From the NCBI GenBank assembly GCA_045617225.1, contig JAZLIC010000099.1, forward strand, positions 1 to 30,898: a DNA stretch of 30,898 nucleotides, written 5' to 3'. The notes below the pieces were generated by a model. The model searched no databases, was not told the origin of the DNA, and was given only the letters and a program-made list of their open reading frames with translations. The translations under genes and the position numbers were made by a program. Shown piece by piece: positions 18,390 through 26,511 of the stretch (the first letter of the stretch is position 1; each line of letters begins with the position of its first letter). The stretch is from Clostridia bacterium (GTDB lineage: Bacteria; Bacillota; Clostridia; Monoglobales; Monoglobaceae).

Positions 18390-20987
18390 ATGAGCAAAAA
18401 TATTTTCAGACAGATTACTTTACGGATTTTAGCTGTTTTGTTAATTATATCCGTTTTGTTACCAATAAATACAAGTGCCGCCGTTTTAGGAACGCAAACA
18501 GAGCATAATGAGATGGAATTTGCACAAGGCACAGTTTATATAAGAAATACATTTATAAGCGACCAGGCAAGTGTCGGAAAACAGACTGAAAACATCTTCT
18601 CATATACACCGAACAGTGATGTTATACCCATTATATATAACGGTACATCGGTTTACGGAAAGCGCACCCTGACTCAGGCAGAGAGCATTTTAAACTCTGC
18701 AGGGATTAACACTGCAATGGGTATGAATGCGGACTTCTTTTCATTTAAGACAGGCGTGCCTATGAGTAATACAATCATTGATGGCGAAATACTGACAAAA
18801 GATACAAGTTGTCTTTCGTCTGTGGGATTTAATGATGACGGAACCGCCTTTATATCGCCCCTTTCAATTAAAACAACTCTTACAACCGACACAAATTCAT
18901 TCCCTGTTGAGTGTATAAACAAATTCCGTCAACCGTACTTTGTCTACCTCTTTGACAGTCGTTACGGAGATAAAACAATGTCAGAGGGCTGGGGCATAAA
19001 TGTTACCTTAGGCAATGTAAGCGGCTCGTTTAAGCTAAACAGCAATATGACCGCCGTTGTAGAAGACGTATCGGAAGGCGACAATTCCGTGCCTATACCA
19101 AACGGGAAAATAATCCTCAGCGTTTCTGCCGATGCTCCGCAAGAGCTTAAAGACAGGCTTTACAGTCTTTCTGTGGGGCAAAATGTAACGCTAAACACTT
19201 GCCTTGCATCCGATGACACCCGTTGGCTTAATGCCGGGTACGGTATCGGTTGCACAGGCGGCACACTTATAACAAACGGAGAGCTGAACTTCACCGAGGA
19301 GAGTGCCGCTCCTCGTACCGCACTCGGAATCAAAGCGGACGGAACAATCATATTATACACATTGGATGGAAGGCAAAGCGGTTATAGCTTTGGCGCAAGA
19401 AAAGAAACTCTGGCACAGCGTCTTTTGGAGCTTGGCTGCGTTGATGCGGTGAATTTAGACGGCGGCGGCTCTACCACTATCGGCGGCGTTTATCCCGGGA
19501 CAACGGATTTTAAGGTTTTGAACTCTCCGTCGGAAGGAAGCCTCAGAGCCTGCGCAAACTTTATCTTCCTTAAAAAGCAAAACCCATACACAGGCGTACC
19601 GTACAAGATGTTTGTATCTCCATATGGCAAGTGGCTGCTCTCGGGGGCAACGACACAAATTACCGCAGAGCTTGTAGACTCTGCCTACGGTAAGGCAAAC
19701 GCCGTTTCGCCTGTTATATACTCCATCGCAGACGGCACGACAGCAAGCGGAAGCACAATAGACAGTTCGGGCTTTTTGACCGTCGAGGGTGATGGCGATA
19801 TTTATATTTCGGCAGTATCGGGCGATATAAACGGCGGAACACTCATACACTCCGTAAAAACCCCTGACAGTATCGCAGTAATAAGCGAAGATACAGGCAA
19901 CGGTTTGAACACAATCACTATAAAGCGCGGTGAGAGCATAAACCTTACCGCAACAGCATATTTAAACGGTGTGAGCTTATCGGCAAACGATTACTGCTTT
20001 AATTGGTCGGTTGCTAATAATGATGGTGAAATCGGTACTATTGATAATGTCGGCTTCTTTACGGCTTCAAATATGAAAGACGCAAAAGGACTTATTTCTG
20101 TAAGCGCCGGCGGCTTTAAAAAGGATATTCCCGTTTCCGTTGTTGATGAAGAAATCGACGCAAATGACGGTATGTACCCCAAAATTGAAGGCGGCTTTGA
20201 AAACGGAGTTTTCTCTGCAACGATTACAGGTATAAGAAGTGAAATCAAAAAACAAAATATAACGCTCCGCATCGACGGAACGGATACGAAATTCGACTTT
20301 GACACAGACACAAATACATTAACGTATGCATTTTTGGACGAAGATGAGCCGCACAGGATTGCGGTAGCCGTAACAGATGATTTGGGTTACAGTACCCTCT
20401 CGCATTTTGACGCAGGGGATATTTCAAGTTTAGGCAATGCCTTTCCGGACACCCAAAATCATTGGGCAAAGCAATATATTTCTTACCTTGCACAACACAA
20501 TATTGTAAAAGGACTTCCAAACGACTTCGGTCAGATAGAGTTTATGCCCGGAAAGAGTATGAACAGAGCAGAGCTTGCTTGTATGCTTTGCAATTATTTA
20601 AAGATTGATATTTCAAAATACAGTGATGTAAACCTCCCGTATGCAGACCTTGGTGACATACCGTCCTGGGCGTTGGGACAAGCGAAAGCACTGTACTCAC
20701 TCGGGATAATGAAGGGACAGTTGATAGATGACAAAACATATTTCAGTCCCGGAGCCTCACTCAGCAGACTTGAATTTGCCATTGCGGTGTCAAGGCTTAT
20801 GCCAAAAGGTTTAAACCCTGCCGAAATAAACTTTACCGATGCTTCGGAAGTACCGTGGTGGGCAGTAGAAAATATGCAAACCGTTATTGGTCAAGGTGTA
20901 ATGGGCGGATACCCGGACGGAACTTTAAGACCGCAACAGAGTGTCACCCGTGCCGAAGCCTGCAAGATGCTATATTTTATATTCTGA
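18390..20987 (+). CDS. Secreted, S-layer-homology-anchored phosphodiester glycosidase (NAGPA family) protein
   Basis: Signal peptide. NAGPA motifs NADFF, PRTALG, DGRQ and NLDGGGST. Ig-like middle region. C-terminal SLH repeats (FPDTQNHWAKQYI...; ...GYPDGTLRPQQSVTRAE). Confidence 0.85.
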   Translation: MSKNIFRQITLRILAVLLIISVLLPINTSAAVLGTQTEHNEMEFAQGTVYIRNTFISDQASVGKQTENIFSYTPNSDVIPIIYNGTSVYGKRTLTQAESILNSAGINTAMGMNADFFSFKTGVPMSNTIIDGEILTKDTSCLSSVGFNDDGTAFISPLSIKTTLTTDTNSFPVECINKFRQPYFVYLFDSRYGDKTMSEGWGINVTLGNVSGSFKLNSNMTAVVEDVSEGDNSVPIPNGKIILSVSADAPQELKDRLYSLSVGQNVTLNTCLASDDTRWLNAGYGIGCTGGTLITNGELNFTEESAAPRTALGIKADGTIILYTLDGRQSGYSFGARKETLAQRLLELGCVDAVNLDGGGSTTIGGVYPGTTDFKVLNSPSEGSLRACANFIFLKKQNPYTGVPYKMFVSPYGKWLLSGATTQITAELVDSAYGKANAVSPVIYSIADGTTASGSTIDSSGFLTVEGDGDIYISAVSGDINGGTLIHSVKTPDSIAVISEDTGNGLNTITIKRGESINLTATAYLNGVSLSANDYCFNWSVANNDGEIGTIDNVGFFTASNMKDAKGLISVSAGGFKKDIPVSVVDEEIDANDGMYPKIEGGFENGVFSATITGIRSEIKKQNITLRIDGTDTKFDFDTDTNTLTYAFLDEDEPHRIAVAVTDDLGYSTLSHFDAGDISSLGNAFPDTQNHWAKQYISYLAQHNIVKGLPNDFGQIEFMPGKSMNRAELACMLCNYLKIDISKYSDVNLPYADLGDIPSWALGQAKALYSLGIMKGQLIDDKTYFSPGASLSRLEFAIAVSRLMPKGLNPAEINFTDASEVPWWAVENMQTVIGQGVMGGYPDGTLRPQQSVTRAEACKMLYFIF

Positions 20988-20995
20988 TACCAAAC

Positions 20996-21028
20996 AAAAA
21001 ATCTGCCGGATTATCCGGCAGATTTTTT
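20996..21028. terminator. Bidirectional intrinsic terminator
   Basis: AAAAAATCTGCCGGA-tta-TCCGGCAGATTTTTT, a perfect 15-bp inverted repeat between the convergent SLH gene and holin. Confidence 0.92.
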
Positions 21029-21029
21029 A

Positions 21030-21434
21030 TTACTGTTTTTCGTTTTTGTCACGGAGCTGCAAAAGAAGCTCTCTTAAACAATTTGGAACGATTGTGCCTA
21101 TCGCACTGATATTCTCTAAAATTGATAAGCTTTCGTTAGCAATAAAAAACATCAGGACTATCTCACGGATTGCTATTGAGTTGCCAAGCACACCCTCTAT
21201 AACATTTGCGACCGCTACCACCAAAAGTACCATTATCTTTTTAAGAAGCCCGTAAAAGCCGATTTCAGACGATAGTTTTTTAAGATACACTCCCTTTACC
21301 ACTCCTGACACATAGTCGCCGCACATCAAAAATATCAATCCGCACAGAAGCATATCCCAACCTCCAAGAGCCTTAGCGAAAATCCCGCCCAAGAAGGCAA
21401 ACACTAAGCTTATGGTATTGAATAACTTTTCCAT
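21030..21434 (-). CDS. Phage holin family protein (toxin secretion/phage lysis holin type)
   Basis: 134 aa, hydrophobic, with GGWD...DYVSG, GLLKKI and ANESLSILEN motifs of clostridial holins. SD AGGAGG overlaps the upstream stop codon. Confidence 0.88.
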   Translation of the reverse strand: MEKLFNTISLVFAFLGGIFAKALGGWDMLLCGLIFLMCGDYVSGVVKGVYLKKLSSEIGFYGLLKKIMVLLVVAVANVIEGVLGNSIAIREIVLMFFIANESLSILENISAIGTIVPNCLRELLLQLRDKNEKQ

Positions 21435-21445
21435 AGCAATGCCTC

Positions 21446-23035
21446 CTATATAAAGATTTGGATATGCTCGCTATCCAATCTTTTTATTACATAATACGGT
21501 GTCTTTTCCGCACTTTTTGTAGCGGTACCACTATCCGTAACAGTGCAATATCCGTCTGCTACGCAAGTACCGTCATCATTTACAATCAAAATACCGTCAT
21601 GCCCTACAACAGCATATTCAGGTCTGTTGGCACGGGAAACATACGGACGGCTTGGGTCATAGTCAGGGTTTAACACTCGGTTTTTAATTGTACGAGATGT
21701 TTCTTCCCCTGTTTCAGGGTCCGTTTCGGTGACGGTTTCATCCTCGGTCACATAACCGCCGTATACATCTTTTAAATACATACCGTGCCAGTTTTCACTG
21801 TAATCATTGGCAACAAAAGAAGCATTATCGGACACAACACCCAAAATCTTTTCATCACTGCTGTTTGCGATACGCACCTTACCATCCTCAAAAGTGACAA
21901 AATATCCACGCCTGTCCTCACCATCTTCATTACCGTCTGACCATTCAAAGACATGGGCAAGGTCGGCTCCGGAAGTATGAAAAGCGCCCGTGCCATATAC
22001 CGAACCGTCATAATCTACACGAAAGGCGTTTCCCCTATACTGTGCAGTGCCATTACCTATAAGCAAAGCATTTCCCGTCGTTCCGCTATCGCTTCCAATC
22101 ATTGAGTAGCTATATGTATTGTAGTGTCCGAAAGTTGCAGCATATCCGTTCGCTATAAGACAGTTTCCTGCAGCCACAAGGCCGTTATCACCATATATGG
22201 TATTTGCATTACCTCCGATTATGGCAGAATTTACGCCTCTTGCCGCATTTCCGACACCGCCTCCGACAAAGCTTTGTTCTTCCTCGGTCGAGTTAGACCA
22301 ACCGCCTATAATTGCAGAGTTGTCTGCATAAGCATCGTTTTCGATGCCCATTAGCGCAATCGCGCCATCGCCGGATATGGTATTTGATGTGCCCATAAAT
22401 CGCTCAGGCGGTATCTGACCATCAGCGTCAAGAAGTTGATAGTCATACACCTGCAAGGTATTCTCATTTTCGTTTGTGCCTTCGCCAAGTTGAATGGCAT
22501 CTACTACAGCTCCGTCTTCCGTGGCTGTTTTTGCATTTTTCCCGCCTGAGAAACCGTTGCCTGCAACACTGTTTTCGCCTATTGCAACACCGCCATTGCA
22601 AAAGGCTCTTTTTCCTATGGCAACTCCATCATATGACATAGCCTGAATTCCCACTACCGTAGCGTCATCCGATGATATAGCAGATTTGCCGACAGCAACG
22701 CCATTTTCCGCCTCTGCATACTGTCCCACTGCAAATCCGCCTCTTGGATTAGGTCCGTCCACCTTGTAATTAAGTGCTGTTTGCATTGCCGAGGACAAAG
22801 GCTTGTTACAGTCAGCTGTGTTGTCCACATTTCCTAAGCCAAGTTGCGCTTTGGTTACATTATGCGGATTTGCCTCATCTGCCAAATGTGCATTGTGTGC
22901 GGTTGCACGAGTTAAAGTTTCCGCATCTAAATCGGCGGAAAGAGTCCCTGTCAGCTTTTCGATATAGTGTTTAAGCCAACCGCTGATTCCATCAAAGGCA
23001 TACTCTTGGTTCTTTTTATCAAACCATAATGACAT
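21446..23035 (-). CDS. Phage tail-spike/fibre-like protein with beta-roll repeats and a C-terminal peptidase G2-like (intramolecular chaperone) domain
   Basis: NPHNVTKAQLGLGNVDNTAD tail-fibre motif. YadA-head-like repeats (FAVG, VAVG, VAIG, VAIG). 15-residue SAIIGGxxN repeats. GADLAHVFEWSDGNEDGEDRRGYFVT resembles the start of the phi29 gp12-type autocleavage domain. ATG 23035 follows SD AAGGAG. Confidence 0.78.
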   Translation of the reverse strand: MSLWFDKKNQEYAFDGISGWLKHYIEKLTGTLSADLDAETLTRATAHNAHLADEANPHNVTKAQLGLGNVDNTADCNKPLSSAMQTALNYKVDGPNPRGGFAVGQYAEAENGVAVGKSAISSDDATVVGIQAMSYDGVAIGKRAFCNGGVAIGENSVAGNGFSGGKNAKTATEDGAVVDAIQLGEGTNENENTLQVYDYQLLDADGQIPPERFMGTSNTISGDGAIALMGIENDAYADNSAIIGGWSNSTEEEQSFVGGGVGNAARGVNSAIIGGNANTIYGDNGLVAAGNCLIANGYAATFGHYNTYSYSMIGSDSGTTGNALLIGNGTAQYRGNAFRVDYDGSVYGTGAFHTSGADLAHVFEWSDGNEDGEDRRGYFVTFEDGKVRIANSSDEKILGVVSDNASFVANDYSENWHGMYLKDVYGGYVTEDETVTETDPETGEETSRTIKNRVLNPDYDPSRPYVSRANRPEYAVVGHDGILIVNDDGTCVADGYCTVTDSGTATKSAEKTPYYVIKRLDSEHIQIFI

Positions 23036-23184
23036 AAAATCACTCCTTATAAAAATTTCAACCGACAAATGGCGAGGTCTTATCGGTTGTGATTTGATTG
23101 TAACAGAGTATAAATGCCGTGGCGTGCCAAATGGAAAAAGGGATGTTAAAAAGTTTTTTAGCTATGAACAAACCTAACCCCTTG

Positions 23185-23227
23185 AAAAAAAGAGAGCTGT
23201 TTAAAAGCAACGGCTTTTAAACAACTC
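23185..23227 (-). terminator. Intrinsic terminator after rsmE-membrane protein operon
   Basis: Minus strand GAGTTGTTTAAAAGC-cgtt-GCTTTTAAACAGCTC (one G-U pair) followed by TCTTTTTTT. Confidence 0.85.
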
Positions 23228-23247
23228 TAATTCATTTTTAACATCAC

Positions 23248-23739
23248 CTATTTTCTTGATACCTTTATAAGATACCAAACAAATGCAACAACTAAGTATG
23301 CTATAATTCCAATCAAAGGAATTCGAATATTCCAATAAGATGTTATGTGTAAAGCATTATTGCCCGTAATAAGTTGAGCCAACTTTTCAATAAGAGGGCG
23401 AAGCTTGTTATAAAGTGCAAGCCACAGGGTTACAACGCCGCATACGATAGAGAACGTGCCGTAATTATACGCTCTCTTTGCGTTTTTTATCTTACCAATT
23501 TTACCTAATACAAAAAGTACAATGGCAGTAGCCGCAAATACACCTGTCAGAATATAATTTATAAGGTTCATATGCACAAGGACACTTGCATTGACATAAC
23601 AACCACGCAAGTATATAAGCACCAAAATGCCGAGTATTCCCCAGCAAAGATTTATCATATACCAATTTGTCAGTCTTTCATTTCTCTCTACTCTTGAAAT
23701 CTTTGCTTCAAGATTTTTTTCTTTCTTTTGTTTTGCCAT
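23248..23739 (-). CDS. Hypothetical membrane protein (about 4 TM helices)
   Basis: Basic N-terminus followed by four hydrophobic segments. ATG 23739 follows GGAG. Downstream of rsmE. Confidence 0.75.
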   Translation of the reverse strand: MAKQKKEKNLEAKISRVERNERLTNWYMINLCWGILGILVLIYLRGCYVNASVLVHMNLINYILTGVFAATAIVLFVLGKIGKIKNAKRAYNYGTFSIVCGVVTLWLALYNKLRPLIEKLAQLITGNNALHITSYWNIRIPLIGIIAYLVVAFVWYLIKVSRK

Positions 23740-23774
23740 TTTTAATTCTCCATTCCGCCGCCTTTGCGGCAATA

Positions 23775-24521
23775 TTAAAATTCATCATTTTCGTACATTA
23801 TTGCGGAAAGCAATGTGCTTGCCACCGTTTCTGTCCTCAGGATACGCCTGCCTAAACCGACTGCCTTTATACCCTCGCTCATTGCAAAGCTTGCCTCACC
23901 ATCGGAAAAGCCCCCCTCAGGGCCTATCAATATGCCGATACTTTTTATCCCTTTGTTTTCTTTAAGGACACTCTTTAAATCGCATCTGCCTTCATGACCT
24001 AAAACTTCATACGGCATAAGGGCAAGGTCAAAGTTTTTCATTTCGCAAATAACCTCCGAAAAGCTGTGCGGCATTTTAATTTGGGGGATTATTCCCCTGC
24101 CGCATTGCTTTGCGGCAGAAACCGACACTTTTTGGTATCTGTCAATCTTCTCTTTTCCCTTACGGTCACTCGGAATTTTCGCAACGCACCTGTCCATCTG
24201 CACAGGAACTATGGCATATACGCCAAGCTCAACCGCCTTTTGAATTATCTGCTCCATCTTTCCGGATTTAGGGACGCCCTGATAAACGGTTACCTGAACA
24301 TTCGGCTCATATAAAGAATAGGACACATCGGTAATTCTTGCCTTGCAGCACTTCTGGTCAACTTCCTCCAAAACGCAGGTATATTCTCTGCCCTTTCCAT
24401 CAAAGACACAGACCTCATCACCGACGGACATCCTGAGTACACGCGTGATATGTGGCGCATCTTCGGTGATAACAGCATAGTCTTTATTGATATTTTCAGG
24501 CTCCGTAAAAAATCTTCTCAT
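23775..24521 (-). CDS. rsmE: 16S rRNA (uracil1498-N3) methyltransferase
   Basis: HITRVLR, KAVELGV, IGPEGGFS and LGRRILRTET motifs. Confidence 0.95.
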   Translation of the reverse strand: MRRFFTEPENINKDYAVITEDAPHITRVLRMSVGDEVCVFDGKGREYTCVLEEVDQKCCKARITDVSYSLYEPNVQVTVYQGVPKSGKMEQIIQKAVELGVYAIVPVQMDRCVAKIPSDRKGKEKIDRYQKVSVSAAKQCGRGIIPQIKMPHSFSEVICEMKNFDLALMPYEVLGHEGRCDLKSVLKENKGIKSIGILIGPEGGFSDGEASFAMSEGIKAVGLGRRILRTETVASTLLSAIMYENDEF

Positions 24522-24545
24522 AGCTTACCTCCGCCAACACAGTTT

Positions 24546-24574
24546 ATTTTACCAAAACTATCCCCTACTGTCAA
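24546..24574 (-). promoter_or_regulatory. sigma-A promoter for rsmE
   Basis: Minus strand TTGACA-17 bp-TAAAAT with extended -10 (TGG-TAAAAT). Confidence 0.75.
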
Positions 24575-24585
24575 TTACAAAATAA

Positions 24586-24614
24586 TTGACTGACGCACAT
24601 ATTTATGTTAATAT
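24586..24614 (+). promoter_or_regulatory. sigma-A promoter for the kinase-like gene
   Basis: TTGACT-17 bp-TAATAT with extended -10 (TGT-TAATAT). Confidence 0.55.
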
Positions 24615-24634
24615 TTAGTGGGAGGTTAATATTT

Positions 24635-25483
24635 ATGAAATACATTAACAGAAGTAAAGAATATGGGATTGATATTGACCCACTTCGCATGATTTACCAC
24701 GCAGTAGACTCGGAAATACGAGAACACGACCCTAAGCTTCAATTTATTTTAACGACTGCAAATTTAGCTCCCGAACATTTTTCGGCTCTGTCACAGACAA
24801 AACTCCGTTATTTAGCACTCGGTGGAAAGCTTCGCCGTTTTACCACACTCTATGGTAAAGATGACGAAACTACAATTCCCAAACCGGCAACCTATAATTT
24901 GTCGCAATATCTGAGCAGTATTGCAGACCTTATAGATACCCAGCTTGGACAGCATATAAACGGACAGGTTACCTTTAAGACAAAACTTGATAATAACTCA
25001 TCTGCCTCCTTTGATGCCGATATGGTAAGCACCATACTTTTTAACCTGGTGGATAATGCTCTGCGTCACGGCGGAACAAGTAATAAAAATGTATATATCA
25101 GTCTTACAGAAGATGCAAAGTCATATATAATATCCGTAAAAGATAAGGGCAGAGGTATGCCGGATAAGGTTTTAAACTCCTTCGTCACCGGTGAACCTGT
25201 ATTACCTGACCTGGCTACCGTTTACCCATCACGCATGGAGGGACTTGGGCTATTGCTCTGTCATAAATATTCAAGGCTTCTTCACGGTACTCTTACCATT
25301 GAAAACCAAAAGGTAGGCACAAAAGTGAATTTGCATCTGCCGAAAAATCCGCCGTATGAATATAAAACTCTGCAAGAACCGCAAAGCTATTATCCTGACA
25401 AAACGACGCTTCTTTTGTTTATGGCAACAACTTTGCTGACGCCTTCTCTGCTTTGCGGCAACGATACACTTATCGAAAATTGA
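24635..25483 (+). CDS. Histidine-kinase-like ATPase (HATPase_c), soluble, atypical N-terminus
   Basis: N box LFNLVDNALRH, G1 box VKDKGRGM, G2 box GLGLLLC, terminal GTKV. No TM segment. ATG 24635 follows SD GGAGG. Confidence 0.75.
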   Translation: MKYINRSKEYGIDIDPLRMIYHAVDSEIREHDPKLQFILTTANLAPEHFSALSQTKLRYLALGGKLRRFTTLYGKDDETTIPKPATYNLSQYLSSIADLIDTQLGQHINGQVTFKTKLDNNSSASFDADMVSTILFNLVDNALRHGGTSNKNVYISLTEDAKSYIISVKDKGRGMPDKVLNSFVTGEPVLPDLATVYPSRMEGLGLLLCHKYSRLLHGTLTIENQKVGTKVNLHLPKNPPYEYKTLQEPQSYYPDKTTLLLFMATTLLTPSLLCGNDTLIEN

Positions 25484-25493
25484 GGTGATAAAA

Positions 25494-26096
25494 ATGGCAA
25501 TTACTTATGAACTCGGAAAATCTCTTTATGTTAATATCACAAACCGTTGCAGTAACGCTTGCACCTTTTGCGTACGCAACAAACACGACGGCGTAAACGG
25601 AAAGGATAACCTTTGGCTTGACAGAGAGCCGACCGTTGATGAAATAAAAGCCGACTTTCAAAAGTGCGACCTTTCAAAATATGATGCGGTAGTATTCTGC
25701 GGTTACGGCGAGCCGACGGAGCGTATAGGCGACCTTTTAGAGGTTGCACGGTGGATAAAATCGTTTAGTAATATAAAAATCAGGATAAACACCAACGGAC
25801 AAGGGAATTTAATTGCAGGCCGTGATATTACCCCTGATATGGAAGGTGTAATCGACTGCGTTTCGATAAGCTTGAACGCCGAAAACGCCGAAAAATATCA
25901 GGAGCTTTGCCGAAGCAAGTTCGGAGGTAAGGCGGCGTTTGACGGATTGCAGGAATTTGCCTCTCTATCCAAGAGATATATCGGTGAGGTTGTATTCACC
26001 GTTGTGGACTTGATGAGCAAAGAGGAAATTGAAAATTGCAGAAAAATCGCCGAGGAATGCGGCGTAGACTTTCGTGTGCGTGAAATGATAAAATAA
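25494..26096 (+). CDS. Radical SAM protein of the TatD-associated family
   Basis: LYVNITNRCSNACTFCVR (CxxxCxxC), VVFCGYGEPT, RINTNGQGNL, SISLNA. ATG 25494 follows SD GAGGTG. Confidence 0.88.
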   Translation: MAITYELGKSLYVNITNRCSNACTFCVRNKHDGVNGKDNLWLDREPTVDEIKADFQKCDLSKYDAVVFCGYGEPTERIGDLLEVARWIKSFSNIKIRINTNGQGNLIAGRDITPDMEGVIDCVSISLNAENAEKYQELCRSKFGGKAAFDGLQEFASLSKRYIGEVVFTVVDLMSKEEIENCRKIAEECGVDFRVREMIK

Positions 26097-26099
26097 AAC

Positions 26100-26128
26100 T
26101 AATATTTGTCCCACCTTTTACATATATA
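26100..26128 (+). promoter_or_regulatory. Candidate sigma-E sporulation promoter for bofA
   Basis: taATAtt -35, 16 bp after ATA, then CATATATA -10 (consensus ATA-16/18-CATAcaHT). bofA is sigma-E controlled in B. subtilis. Confidence 0.45.
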
Positions 26129-26147
26129 TGTAGCAGGTGGTGATAAA

Positions 26148-26414
26148 ATGGTTTTCGATTTCGGAACAATAGGTGCATATACTATTGGGTTATTTTTGCT
26201 CTATGTCTGTTGCTGGATATTTTTAAGACCGATAAAATGGTTTTTAAAGATTATCTTAAACTCTCTGTTTGGCGGTGTATTTATATTTATTATAAACTTA
26301 ATCGGAGGCTATTTTAACCTCCACATTGCACTTAATCCGCTTAATGCGCTTATAACGGGAATCCTTGGCATACCGGGAATAATCCTTACATATATTTTGC
26401 AGACATTCATATAA
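26148..26414 (+). CDS. bofA: Pro-sigmaK processing inhibitor BofA family
   Basis: 88 aa hydrophobic protein with NSLFGG..LIGG...IALNPLNALITGILGIPG signature. ATG 26148 follows GGTGGTG. Confidence 0.88.
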   Translation: MVFDFGTIGAYTIGLFLLYVCCWIFLRPIKWFLKIILNSLFGGVFIFIINLIGGYFNLHIALNPLNALITGILGIPGIILTYILQTFI

Positions 26415-26468
26415 ATGTGGGCTGTTTAAAAAGTCCAAAACAAATTTTTGAATTTGCATTACTTATTA

Positions 26469-26506
26469 ACAAAGAGCGACCATATATGGCCGCCCTTTGT
26501 CTTTTT
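26469..26506. terminator. Intrinsic terminator between convergent bofA and gatD
   Basis: Minus strand ACAAAGGGCGGCCAT-at-ATGGTCGCTCTTTGT (two G-U pairs); T tract CTTTTT on the plus strand. Confidence 0.75.
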
Positions 26507-26511
26507 ATTGT

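Noticed and set aside
21030-23035. Intact prophage or diversity-generating retroelement
   Set aside because: No integrase, att repeats, head or replication genes, reverse transcriptase or template/variable repeat pair are visible.
23757-23770. GCCGC-cttt-GCGGC hairpin between rsmE and the membrane gene
   Set aside because: Only 5 bp with no U tract. Too small to interpret.
24599-24637. Short direct repeats (GTTAATATTTA twice, ATATTTATG twice) upstream of the kinase-like gene
   Set aside because: AT-rich and overlapping the -10 and SD/start region. Not distinguishable from chance.
26437-26457. AAAACAAATTTTT, matching the element's left arm, after bofA
   Set aside because: Only 13 low-complexity AT bases match. 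No partner arm or conserved core, so it cannot be called a third copy.
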